Shown here: positions 1 to 11,960 of the stretch, in pieces | Position numbering within the stretch: position 1 is the first letter of the stretch | Layout: every line of letters starts with the position of its first letter | Assembly: GCA_030704615.1 (NCBI GenBank) | Contig: CM060731.1 | Location: 87,420,001-87,484,000 of the forward strand | Direction: 5' to 3' | Length of the DNA stretch: 64,000 nucleotides | Origin: Takakia lepidozioides | Lineage: Eukaryota; Plantae; Bryophyta | Position numbers and translations under genes: made by a program | Notes under the pieces: model-generated | Database searches by the model: none | What the model saw: only the letters and a program-made list of their open reading frames with translations | Told to the model about the DNA's origin: nothing

Positions 1-529
1 TTTATACTTGGGACCAGCCGGTGGAGCTCCCTGCCCATCCTCGTCTATACATCCTCGTCAGCAGCTATCTTGGTATCTGCCGCTTGCTGCTACCTACGAC
101 GCTTCTCTAGTGGCAAGAGTCATCAAGCCATGGCTCTGCCTTCAGCAAACCCTAGTTAATTCATAAAACATTGATGGCACTGCTTACATCCGTGGCAGCA
201 GTACAAACAGATAAGCTGCTCCGCTATCTACCCTTTATCTTCCTGCCCTACTTGCTAATTAAGTCACTTCTTAAAGCAAGTTACAAGATGGCAGAATGAA
301 CGATACAACTAACTGTTCACAATCCCACTTAGTATCAGCTCGTAGCAGCAGCCGCATTGATCCCTTGCAAACCCAGATTCCAGTGAGCTCAGGTCACCCT
401 TCAATTCTTGATGGCATTGCTCCCCTGTGGCAGGTGCACAATTACAAGAGCTGCTGCTGCTCCACATGCTTTACTCATTCCCTGCCTTCATTGCTGCTAA
501 TCAACCCATCTCGGGAACCAAACTATAGG

Positions 530-1230
530 TGAAAACCACAAAAATCGCAGCAGCACACCAGATCCTTCTTGCTCAATCCTTCACCCATAGTAAGGCTAAC
601 TGCAGTCATCTCCCGTGTCAACACCAATCGAGGCAGCGCGCATCACTGTTCTCTGCTCCGGTGTGGCACCATGTGACCACGCTGCTCCCCTTTGTGAGCT
701 TATCTTCCAGCAAGTCCACTATCAAGGATCCATCAAGACGGCGACGACACCGCTTCGCTGCACAGATTACAATGCTGCCCCACCTGTCTTATTACCATTA
801 TACCAACTAGTTCACTTCCAATCAATAAGTGATGAGACCGCAGGGTAAACTTGATCACATTCTATTCACATCCCTGCCAGTCCATTGTTTGCCGCATCAA
901 TATTGATCCCCTGCACATCTAGCTTCCAGCAAGCCTTGGCTACTCCTTCAAACATGACGGCGTTGCTCCTTCCGCTGGGCAGACTCATAGTTAACCCCCC
1001 TTCTCAGAATAACCACAAGTTGACAAAAATCGCAGCAACATCCCGAGTCTCCTATTGCTCTACTCGGCACACATAGTCAAGTATAATGCAGGCTCCTCGT
1101 GACCAAGCTGCTTCCTCGTGCTTATCTTCCAGCAAGTTCCACAGCAAGTATGCATCAAGATGAAATGACACCGCTTCTTTTCTGTGGATCCTGCACAGTT
1201 CACCAAGCTGCCCCCCTTGTCCCCCCATTA
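530..1230. repeat. Degenerate direct repeat; unit 1 ~530-880, unit 2 ~1010-1230 continuing at ~5393-5450 after the CACTA insertion
   Basis: Shared blocks AAAATCGCAGCA, TGACCA(C/A)GCTGCT, CTTATCTTCCAGCAAGT, CATCAAGA, GCTGCCCC, GCAGGGT..CATCCCTGCC occur in the same order in both units. Confidence 0.55.
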
Positions 1231-1631
1231 CACTCCAATAGATTGCGGCTTTTACGACTCTGTGTTATGACTGCAAATGCAGTTATGAAAGCCATTTACG
1301 ACTTCATGACTTTACAGTCGTAAAACCCTAGTCAGTTGTGGCATGGCAGATATGACTCGCCAGCCTGGCTGTGACGTGGCGCCTGAGCAGCTGTGGGGTA
1401 GTCATACACGCTGGCTTTACTAAATGACTGAACGGGTCCATGTCAGCCGCTGTGTAAGAAAGACACGTGCTCTCTACAGAACACGCCACGTGTCAGACTG
1501 CGATGCCATCCCAACTGCAGAGGAGGGAATCAGACGTCAACACGTGTCGCATCGCGATTTTGACACGTGGTTCCTCATATCAATTGACACGCGTCGCTGT
1601 GGGGAGGGGGGTTGGGGATTTAATTTATTGT

Positions 1632-1672
1632 TATAATAATAATAATAATTATTATTATTATTATTATTATTA
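1632..1672. repeat. (AAT)n(TAT)n self-complementary microsatellite
   Basis: aataataataataataattattattattattattattatt. Confidence 0.9.
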
Positions 1673-1844
1673 CTTTTGAGACCAACAGGGGACAGTGCAC
1701 ATTATTAAATAACGAATTTTGAAAGTATATTCTTAGATAAATATTTATTCGCTCAGATACAAAACACACCCTTACGGGGAAGAGAGTTTGCCTCGTGCCT
1801 TGCTGAATTGCGTCTGCTACTCTCTGTAATCTAACAGGCTTCAC

Positions 1845-3100
1845 TTTTTGCCTCTGTTGTCCCACATTGACTGGGGTCAGAAAAGTTCATTCCACAACTT
1901 CTCCTCATCTCTGTTACCTGTTTATGGATACTTTCCTATTGTCACTTTGGCAGTATCATGTCAAAGTCACTCAAAAACTATCTACCATTCTACCCATGAT
2001 CATCTACCCATGCAGGTTTTCTTGTGTAGCTATCCTTCCACAGGGAATCATCGTAATCTGGAGCTTGAAATCCGGCTCTCTGGATGATCTGGACCCACAC
2101 TCTATCCTTGCTCCTTCAGCTATCCATGCCTCTACACAGATCATGCATATATCCTTGCATTGTTGTTAGCAGCTGACAAATGACAACCTACATTTGTTCC
2201 AGCAAACACCCAACTCAACTTATCACACACTAGTTCCTATTCTCAATTGCATCTGCTACTCTCTGTAATTCAACAGGCATTTACCTTTTTGCCTCGGTTG
2301 TCCCACCATTGACTGGGGTCAGAAAAGTATTCATTCCATAGCTTCCCCTCATCTCCGTTAAACTTGTTTGTCGATACTTTCCTGTTGTCACATTGGAAAT
2401 ATATGTCAAAGTCACTCCAAACTAGATTCACTCAACCAGCTAACTTGCAGACATTGAAATTTAGGGCGGTTTTGATAAGAGGGGAAAAACACAGGGTGAA
2501 ATGTGTTGAAGAAGGTGCCTTTTAGTAGCACACTCTATCCGTTGCTCCTTCAGCTATCTATGCCTCTACACAAAATCATGCATACAAGCAATCATTCCAG
2601 CAAACACCCCCAACCCTACTTATCAATGAGCAACGAAGCTAACTTACATAATTCAATATGCATCTCAGGGCCGAGACTGATGAGAGGGCAAAACAGGCTG
2701 AAATAGGTTGAAGAATAAGGTGCCCTCACCACATTGTCCTCGACCTTGTATCATGACCCATGGAGGATTTGACTGACCATGAACCCAAGAGGACCTCTTG
2801 TGTGTGCTGCTTGTGTCTAGTTAGGTAATGTCGGATTGGTCAGTGAGAACCACCACACGGTGCAGCTGAGTGGGCAGAGATTGAAACCACGGCCTGCTAA
2901 GACCAAGCTAACTCTCCCAAGAACCTTGTAAACATCAGGAAGAATACCAAATCATGGTACTAAAGAAGCCAACAACCACATTTGCAAGATGGACAAACTT
3001 CTTCACATCGTACATTAAGAAAAAACCACACCTTGCGATTGCGGTTGTCCCACCATCGTGAAGGATCTTCAAGAAACTCATGCCAGCTCTGCTCCGTGCT
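1845..3100 (-). pseudogene. Captured fragments of an OSB-family (organellar ssDNA-binding, PDF-motif) gene, several partial copies
   Basis: Minus-strand translations KFNGDEGKLWNEYFSDPSQWWDNRGKK followed by GT (~2285-2366), EQSWHEFLEDPSRWWDNRNRK followed by GT (~3030-3100) and EPDFKL (~2060-2080) match the W..F..P..WWDNR..K / PDFK motif of OSB PDF domains. Confidence 0.75.
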
Positions 3101-3517
3101 GTAAAATCAGGGCCGAGCGGGTAGAGATTGAAACACGGCCTGCTAAGACGAAGCTGACTCTCCCAAGAACGGCGAGCTCCCAACCGAAACCTAAGCCCTG
3201 TCACGTCACTTGCTTCAAGAGCTCGCAAATTCCAGTTGACTTCTATTTGATTTAATATCATGTACGTTACAAGCTGGGAAAAGATCTCAAGTTAGAGGTT
3301 CAGAGGTTGCCTGCAGCAGCTAAGCTTGGGAGGTCAACACAAATGTATGACTACTTATACAAGCAAAAAGATGTGCATGGCAGCAGTACAGTTGAAGCTG
3401 GAATGATTCCAAAGATCTTGGAATGTAGATAAGTACTCTACTCTTACTTTGGGAATGATTGTGATGGATTCGATGCACTAGTTATAAAAATTCCCAAGAG
3501 TAAAGGGCGAAACGAAC

Positions 3518-4554
3518 CTTCAGGAAGGTAGCATCTGCAGAGGGCACGCTCTCGAACATGTTTCCACCGACTAGCTTCACTCCTGCACCCATTACAACGC
3601 ACCCATGGTTACCCCATAATGCCCTACGTAAATTGAACAATATGAGGAGCTTTTTGGTCACACTCGTAGAATCAAGTTATGATTGTGGGTCCAAGCTCAG
3701 CTTCTCTCTCCGCCTCTTCATAACTATTCCAATGGTAATCCTGCTCTGAATACCCGAAGTTCTTTTCGCAAGTAACCTTCTCAGTGTCAATTCAACAGAA
3801 CCGGTACATCTGATTCCACTTACGACTATATGTATACACGTTGCGTCATAGATTGTCCTTTGTTCGAAGTTTGAACACCCCCTAACTGCAACACCAGAAG
3901 AAGGCCCAGACTGACTGGTACAGAATTGTTGGACACCAAAGAGGTCCGCAGTCTTCCTACTCATGTTGCAACTCACAACTGGTGGTCGCTGAATCCATGG
4001 GATCCTTACCGCAACATTTACTGATTGAGCACATTTTTATTTTATTTTTTGCCTTGCAAGAGAAAGGAAGAGATTTAGTCAACAGAACTAAGAACCCTCC
4101 GAGAGGAGGAGACAACAAATTGAGCACATTTCACATCTTCAAATCAGTGAACTTGAAAAACCAGGGAATACACGTATGCGACGGAGATACCAGGTAAGTG
4201 AGGAGCCAGCTCCACAACATGGGGTTGGTCAAAGCTGATGGCTTGATTGCTCGGATACTTTTTCACCAACATTTCCATGCACGCTCCCACACCTCCTCCA
4301 ACGTCTACAATGCTTCCAAGTCCCTTGAACCCACTGTATGTGTTCAGAATATCCTGCATCGATGTGAGAGAAAGCGCCGTCATTGATCCATGGAACACTT
4401 TTCCATAATGTTGGCCAGCCGCATCCTCCATCCACTCGTAGAAGGATGTGCCATGAACTTTGGCGAAAGCACTTTCTCCCACACATACCGTAGCGTTTCT
4501 AGGGTTGATTGCTTCAGATGCGAAGGTTGCTCCAACTGCGGGCCTCCCATGCAT
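3518..4554 (-). pseudogene. Captured plant class II O-methyltransferase (COMT-like) fragment: exon ~4554-4191, intron 4190-3583, exon 3582-3518
   Basis: SAM-binding motif IVDVGGGVG and FDQPHVV; GT..AG intron; 65-bp exon GVKLVGGNMFESVPSADATFLK; no N-terminal exon or final WILHDW exon seen. Confidence 0.9.
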
Positions 4555-4699
4555 GTTTGCCCTTACTCCCGCTCGCTCGCTCGCTCTAAGTCCCAGCCCT
4601 CTCTCTCTCTCTCCCTCCCGCTTGCTCTAAGTTTGTTCACGCTACCGTGATGGGCAACTTTTTAAGTTTTTTAACCTTTTTGTAAACCCTAAAAGCCCA

Positions 4700-4925
4700 T
4701 TTTTTCTTTTTCTTTTTCTTTTTCTTTTCTTTTCTTAAAGGAAACCACAAGCCCTTGAGGAGGGGGGAAAATTCACCCGCCTTCATTTAAGGGCCATAAG
4801 ACCTACATGACGATTAACGCCCAGACATACCGTCACGAACAATCCCACACACGGGATAAGGGCAACGGGTTTGAACCCCAAACCACCATGGCGACACACT
4901 GTGCCACTTACCAGCCGATGTGTTT
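4700..4925 (-). mobile_element. Possible tRNA-derived SINE inside the Pack-CACTA
   Basis: Minus strand has a B-box GGTTCAAACCC, an upstream A-box-like GGTAAGTGG and an (AAAAG)n tail; no clear TSD. Confidence 0.4.
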
Positions 4926-5654
4926 TTTTTTAAATCTTTTTGCACTTTGTTTTTCTTTTGTTTTTTTTAATTCATTCTATTGGTCAGAGTCTCCGGTTTT
5001 TCAAAATATAAATACTCATATATTATATATATAACCAGAAAAGCATGTGTCGACACGTGCAGTCATGTAGTGATTCATCCATGTGATGATCTGGCAGAAT
5101 GCATTAGAGTGAGAGTCATGAAGTCATATGTCTGTCTAGCAATATGTGCACGTCATTCCAGTCTAGCCATGACCGTGACTGGTAGTCATATCTGCCATGC
5201 CAATATTCGTGGTCAAACATGTTTGACCTGTGTTGCGCAGAGACCGGAGCCATACAGTCGCATATACGTCTTCCCCAGACCTGCATTATGACTTCAAAAG
5301 CATTTTACGATTGCAAATGGCATTTCTGCCACAAATCTGTCATGACTGCGCACCCATGGGAGTCATAAAAGCCGCAATCTGTTGTAGTGTTACTGCGAAT
5401 CAAGCTTCAAAACAATCAAGCCAGCACAGCAGGGTTTAGTCATCCCTGCCGCTAATCTATTGCAACATCTGTGCATGTTCCCCACCATCTCCTTCCTTGT
5501 CATCTTCCCCGTGATTCTAGGGCAACGTCATCGTGAATGACATCCCCTCAACGAATGAAAAATGCATAAGGCTCACATTTCAAACAGAATCAACTTAGAG
5601 AAATTTAGTTCCAGGCCTTAAACTTCTTCCCTGTAGACATCAAAAATCCAGTGA

Positions 5655-8600
5655 GTGCCAAACATACTCCCCCCACTGGTTTCACACTACACCCCTACCC
5701 AAACCCCCGCCACTAAGCTAACCCCAACTAGTCCCCTGCTTCCACCCCTAACCCCGCGCTCTACCAACCTCGACAACGCGGACGCCTTCATTATCGAAGC
5801 TATCTCAGGTATCAGAACTCAAACCTCCACCGATGAATTTGGCGCTACTTGCATAGACACTTTCTACCTATGTAAATGGGCGGGCTACCCCTCAGAAGAC
5901 AACACATGGCAAATTGAGGACGACCTTTTTGGACCTCATGATGACTGTGACCCGACACATAACCTTGATCTCCTTACCATATTTCACAAATCTACTAACA
6001 CCTCGCTCATATACACCAACAACATGTCTCCCAAGTCCAGCCTATAGATGCCAGATTCGTCCACACCCCCTTAGTTGCTCCAGAAGTGCACATCTGCATT
6101 TCGGAATGCAACCCCGACAAAGACATACTATGCACATCCCCCACTATACACTCTGGCCGACGCATGTCCAGAATATACGCTCCTCATGGACGCTACATTG
6201 GACTCATCTCGAACGACAGACTTACTTGGTTATGGCATAGATTTTCCACATCTGATCCGTCACCCAGCCATCTAATGCCTTCTAGGCAAGACTTTGCTAC
6301 CGAACTCTACTGGCTTGTTGACCGCTACTTAGGAGATACCCCCCCCAAGAAGCCCCGCCCTCTCCCCAAACTAGCACAAGCCTACTCCCACGTTACCCTC
6401 CAGCCGGACATAATATCATTCCTTATAACCTCTTTTCAAATTACACACTCCTATTACTCTAGTCCTCTCACATGCCCAATGGAGCTCTCATCGTACTCTA
6501 GCCCACATCCCCGGGACTGCATATTTGGTGCTTCCAGCTATGCCACACAACATATATGGACTGGTTGCGGGTTTGCACACCCATCCCCAGGGCCATACGC
6601 ACACGACGCCCTTCAATGGGCACGCCTAGCGACCCAATCCTCCCCCTCAGCTACCACCATCCTCGTCTTAACTAACCAACAGTTGCCGACCTCCTCGCAT
6701 CCCTTCCTCCATCTCCCCCCTGAGGTCACTACCTTAGCAGCTATTGATCCAGATGAGCTTCATTATCACCGTACCCCTCCCTTCCCCAAATACCTAAAGC
6801 ACCGAGAGTCCACCCTAACCCTTATATACCTTGTCCATAACCCCTCTACCCCCATCACCTTACCCACCGACTTTTCTTCCCGCCTTTCTTGCCTCCTAAA
6901 AGATACATTTGGCTTGACGGCCACCACTTTTCCCATACCCCCTACCCTGTCCATCACTACCACCCCAGCCCGTAAGATCCCCACATGCAAATCCTGGACT
7001 AAAGCGCTACCCCGTCAATACGCCCCACTTCCCATGCAAACCCCTAATAATAAACCTCCGGTCTTCCAGCAATCACTACATCTTAGATACCCACCTGCCA
7101 ACTCGCATTACACTGATGGCTCCCTCACGGGCTCCCGTGCCGACTACGGTATCTACCACGCCGCCACTACTCAAGGAGTTGCCCTACGACTCCCAGGCCC
7201 CGCTACCATCCTACGCGCCGAGCTCATGGCTATACATGACGCCTTCACCTAGCTCCCTCCATTCACTCCACCCCATTACATCTTTATGGATAGTCTCACC
7301 TCCCTCTTCCTCATCCGTAACCACCTTTCCCGACCATCCTCTCACCTCCATCACCCGGATCGTACTATCATCGCAGCCATCACCCATCTTGCTATTTCTT
7401 TGAAACAAACAGTCCATCTTATCAAAGTTAGATCACACACTGGCATCACTGGCAATGAGGCCGCTGACCTCCTCGCCCAACAAGGAGCTGCTCAACCACC
7501 AGTGGAACCCTCGCCGGATCCTATACATGTCGCGCATACCCACCCTTTCTGGTTCATCCACCCTCTTCCAGGCCCACCAGACCCTCGCCCGGTTCGTAAC
7601 CTCTCAACCACTCTTACCCGAGAAACTAGCAAACAAGCCTCAACCTCCGCTAGCCATAATAAGCTGCACATCCAGAAATGGACGCACTCTTCGGTCCTCC
7701 ACCATAGATTATCTAACCACTTTTGGCACACCAAAACCACAACAAATGCGTAAATAAAACAAACCCTCAAATTTTGGTATGCCCAATACATGGGCCACCA
7801 GCGTAAACACATTTTTTGGCCCCACCTCTTTACATCCCCAAACTGCCCGTTATGTGCTCACACTCACTCGGCCCGAGACACCTGGCCACACCTCCTCAGC
7901 CAATGTACTCACCCCACCATCCACGGCCTTCGAGTCACCCGACACAAACAGGCCGTTTGGCACATACATAAACTCCTATTACGCCGGCCTGAAACTCGGT
8001 GGTTCTCACTTATTAATGCCGGCACCTATCAAGGCAGACCCCCTGATCATATTGTACCATCCTGGCTAATCCCATGCTCCTACCGACCACCCACATCATG
8101 TAAATGCCCTGCCAGACTATGCCCAGACATACTACTAGTTTTGGGGTTGCCTGTCAATTCCCCGCCTCCTCACGCCCCCTCTCCAAATCTTGCAATACAT
8201 TTTATTGAGTTCACTTATTGACCGGTACCCCAGCTCTTCTACGCTTGAAAAACGCCAGAAATACGCTCCACTCATTCTTGCCGGGGATGGTCAACCGGCC
8301 CTCTGACCGTTATTATAGCCGGTAGAAGAGGCGGCATCCACAATGCTAGCATCTCTGCTCTCCACACAAACTTTGGCATCCCTATACCCCCCATTCACAA
8401 ATGCTTTAAAGCAGTCCACCTAACTGCACTTCGTTCCCTCACTGCCATTATCACCAACAAACAACAGCTTGAATCCACTCTCTCCGCGGCCCCTAGGCAC
8501 CCTGAGATACCCCTGAGATCCCATATTTCTTAGGCCTTTTGACATCCCGTATACCCCAGGGCCCCCCCTGGGGTACCTCCCCAAACCCCTATCCTATGGT

Positions 8601-8721
8601 TACGGGGTGCCCTCCGGGCACCCACTCGTTTTTATATAGGGCCCACCCCCGAAAGGGGGCAGTAGCCGCAAGGCAAAGTGGCTCTTAGTTACGCCGGCCT
8701 CAGTCGGAGTCATCTCTCTCT
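5655..8721 (+). mobile_element. 5'-truncated, degenerate Dualen/RandI-like non-LTR retrotransposon (chromodomain, PCIF1-like fold, RNase H, CCHC, RLE)
   Basis: FIIEAI..FYLCKWAGYPSEDNTWQIEDDL (chromo); YSSPLTCP..YSSPHPRDCIFGA..WTGCGFAHP; YTDGS/RAELMAI/MDSLTSL/KVRSHTGITGNEAAD (RNase H); CPLC..HLLSQC; RH..AV..I, PDIL, FIEFTY (PD-(D/E) nuclease); in-frame stops; ends in (CT)n. Confidence 0.72.
8552..8721 (+). other. Structured 3' UTR of the LINE
   Basis: Hairpins TACCCCAGGG/CCCTGGGGTA (8552-8575), GGGTGCCC/GGGCACCC (8605-8623), CCCCC-GAAA-GGGGG, GCC-GCAA-GGC, CCGGC-CTCA-GTCGG. Confidence 0.7.
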
Positions 8722-9330
8722 AAGACGAGTTAGGAAGTATTCCCATATGGAAGGTTCCTCCACCTGAGCTTGAAGCACCGGCACATGAAGAGGTGTGCGA
8801 GCCTTGCGGCCATATTAGAGCAACTCAAAAGGAGAACAACGAGTGCTAGCATGTACTGAAGTCCTATAAGCAAATACAAGTATTGGTAAAGTGATATCCC
8901 ACTCCTCAGTCAGTGCCCCATTCTTCTCAAGTAGCTGGCACATGGTTCTGTTGAATCGTTCAGTGAGCCCATTGCACTGGGGGTTGTAAGGAGCTGTCAA
9001 GCGATGCTTAACATCCAGATTGAAACACACAACCTCCATCAACTGTTTACAAAATTTTGTACCCTGGTTAGTTAGTATTTCAAGGGGACAGCCATGCCAC
9101 AACATGATTTCATCAAAAAAGAATTGAACCACCTCGTCGCTATTCTTAGCGACCAAAGGTCGAATCTCAACCCACTTAGACAGGTAATCAGTAGCCACAC
9201 CAATGTAGCTAGTGCCCTTGGTCGTGGTTTTGAGAGGTCCGACTAGATCTAAGCCAACCCTTGCAAACATCTCTGTCATAGGGATTGGTTGAAGTTTAAG
9301 AGGAGCCACGGTCCTAGGTACAAAAGTTTT
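8722..9330 (-). mobile_element. Ty3/Gypsy integrase fragment
   Basis: LQPIP..FARVGLDLVGPL..DYLSKWVE..TAPYNPQCNGLTERFNRT..AYRTSVHAST..SPFELL. Confidence 0.9.
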
Positions 9331-9540
9331 AGACAATGGGACGATGGTCACAGAGAAATTGTGAAGCGAGGGCTGGCGCAACCAACGCCCAACTGCCGAG
9401 GAAAGCCGACGGGGCGGTAGTGACAGTGGACAAAAGACCCACACCACCGGAGGAGATGGGCAGGGTGGCTTGCTGTCGTGGCAAAAGTCCCTGAACACCC
9501 TCCAGAGATGTTGGTCCTAACAATCTCCCAAAAATAGTCA
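9330..9540 (-). mobile_element. CRE-like non-LTR retrotransposon fragment (post-RT region)
   Basis: QQATLPISSGGVGLLS..APSAFLGSWA motif. Confidence 0.6.
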
Positions 9541-9589
9541 TCATGGTAGTATCAAACACAGATAAGAGGTGTGGGAAATCTGGGCAGAG

Positions 9590-9830
9590 TTTCACCAACA
9601 TGGCACCCGAAATCTTGTTGGTCGATTCTGCCGGCCCGTTTCTTTGCGGGTAGTACGTTGTCGATTTCCGGTATGTAACCATGAATTCTTCTGTCAGAAT
9701 CTCAATGGTCTTGTTGATGAAGTGGACCTCTTAGTCGCTTACCAGCTCCAATGGACGGCCAAACCTGGTAATTATCATCTCGTAAAGGAATTTTGCTGTG
9801 CTAGCCACCGTGTTGTTTCGTAGGAATCTT
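9590..9830 (-). mobile_element. Second Gypsy integrase fragment
   Basis: YRKSTTYYPQRNGPAESTNK. Confidence 0.65.
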
Positions 9831-9849
9831 GGCCAAACCAGGATCTCAA

Positions 9850-10255
9850 GCTAGATCGGGAGGTCTTCATTCAGGCCTTCACGCGCAGTCCCCATCTTGC
9901 AGCGGCAGGTCCTTCCGGTCTCCTGTATGAGCACTTACGCGATTGTTTCTCTCCACAGGACTCTGCTAGTGGCTTCTCTCAGCTATTTCAGGTTTGCTCC
10001 TTTATTGCTGCCAGCCGTATCCCTGCCCCAGTTGCCCGTCTCCTTGGGGCCTCCAGATTGTTGGCTATGAGCAAACCCTTAGGTATTGGCATCCACCCTA
10101 TCGCAGTTGGAGAGGTTCTTTACCGCCTTGTCAGCCGCTCATTTTGCCTTCAGTTTTGAGACGCCTCTCCGGACACCTCTTTCCTCACCAGTTTGGGGTC
10201 GCCACTCCAGGAGGTTGCAAGGCGGTGGTTCAGGGGATTTGTGCAGCTCTTGAGA
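9850..10255 (+). mobile_element. CRE-like reverse transcriptase N-terminal fragment
   Basis: AAGPSGLLYEHLRD..GASRLLAMSKP..IHPIAVGEVLYRLVSR..HQFGVATPGGCKAVVQ. Confidence 0.7.
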
Positions 10256-11269
10256 GTACGAGGGACTACAGCAAGGCAGTGACCTGCGGGCCCGGTTAGA
10301 CGATCTGTTCAGGTTGGAGGAATTGCAATGGGATGCAAAGGAGACGGCCTTGGAAAGGTCCCTATAAAATACGAACGTTGTTCCCCAACAACACAATCGA
10401 ATTAGAGATGCTGGGAGGAGAGTACACCGCGTTGGTCAATCAGAACAAACTACGCCGTTATCAATCTCCAGGAGGAGAATTGTTGGTAAAAGAAGGGGAT
10501 GAAAGAAGAACGGTAGCAACAAGATAAATGGAGGTGATGCGGATCAAAGTTTGCCCAAACAAAGGTAAAACAGCCTACGAAGATAGGAAAGACAACGAGG
10601 AAAGCTTGATATACGAAGCTACCAATAGCAACGAAAAAAGAACCCTAAACGAAGTCAAGTCCACCTACGAGGACGCGAATGACAACGAGAGCACGTTGTA
10701 CAAAGGCAAGACCGCCTACGACACGACGAGAAGCCACGAGGTTAACTATCGCTACAAGGGAAGCGAAGGGATGAAAATGACAACTTGGATGGAAGGACTT
10801 TTATCCGGAAGGAATGACGGCGGTTATTGTATAACCAACCCTACGGTACAAAAAGTACCATGGAATGAAGCACAAGCGAAAAAAAAGGTAATGAATAGAG
10901 CGGCCCGGAAGGACAGCGATGATAAAAGCGCGGCGGAGCGTGAAGAAGAAACGGCGGAAAAGGAACTAGGGGCACTCCCGCGCACCCGCGCACACCCGAC
11001 TTACGCCATTTTTTGAGAGAATAGTGAGGCTCGGGGAAGACGTTACGCAAGAACACTCAGTGAGTATTCAGAAGGACTCGAGGTCGCTAATTGGCAGCAA
11101 CAAGAGGACGGAAGGAAAACATTGAATCGAAGATGCGGACAAGAGGTGGAAGGGAAATGCGAGACTGCCAGCAAAGGACAGCACAAAGCAGCAGCAACTT
11201 CAGGATACGCTTGCAAAAGGACGATGGGGAGGAAGGCAGAGAAGAGGCACTACAACAGATGAGCGTTTT

Positions 11270-11960
11270 TATGACTTCACATATGACTATTTTTTCAGTC
11301 TTATATGCGTTCATGACTACATCACTCTGTAGTGAAAAAACCCTGTCATAGCGACTAGTCTTTAGGACTGCGTTTTGCAAGTCATATCCATGACTGCTTG
11401 CGTGGCACCTGGAGTCCTGCTGCAGAGAGGGTTGCAGTCACAACTATATGACTAATATATGACTACATTGTCTGTTGAGCGCTGCCTACATGGAGAGGCT
11501 TCAGCGGGACACGTGCGCCACTGCGCAAGCGACACGTCATGCATTCGTCAGGGGATCATATGACTATATGTCTGCAAAGTGATGCCTACATGGAGAGGCG
11601 ACGGATGGACACGTGCGCCACTGCGAATTTGACATGTCACGACTTCTTGCCATGATCATATGACTACATGTCTGCACAGTGATGCCTACATGGAGAGGCG
11701 CTAGCGAGACACGTGTGCTATGGCAGATTTCACACGTGGTGACTACATGACTCGCTCATATGACTACAGGGATGTCTACATGGAGAGATATTAGCGGGAC
11801 ACCTGTTGCACTTGAGATGTGACATGTGGCACACAGACAAAATATATGACTAGCATATATGACTACGGATCTTTACACGTGGTGAAAATATGGATAAAGA
11901 ATGTCGTGTCATATACTGCCACGTGTTCTGGTTTGAGCAAGAGTGATGCCACGTGTCATC
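11270..11960. repeat. CACTA subterminal repeats, ~100-bp units
   Basis: GCCTACATGGAGAGG, ACACGTG and CATATGACTAC recur at about 11483, 11584, 11684 and 11775. Confidence 0.8.

Larger units (their letters stand above)
1231..5389. mobile_element. Non-autonomous CACTA (Pack-CACTA) DNA transposon
   Basis: Left TIR CACTCCAATAGATTGCGGCTTTTACGACTC (1231) vs reverse complement of right end CACTACAACAGATTGCGGCTTTTATGACTC (ends 5389); 3-bp TSD TTA at 1228-1230 and 5390-5392; subterminal ATGAC/GTCAT and ACACGTG repeats; no transposase ORF. Confidence 0.93.

Noticed and set aside
4144-4554. Functional OMT gene
   Set aside because: Lacks the N-terminal region and last exon, and lies inside CACTA TIRs
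8639-8700. Hammerhead ribozyme
   Set aside because: No CUGANGA core in the required position; kept only as a structured 3' motif
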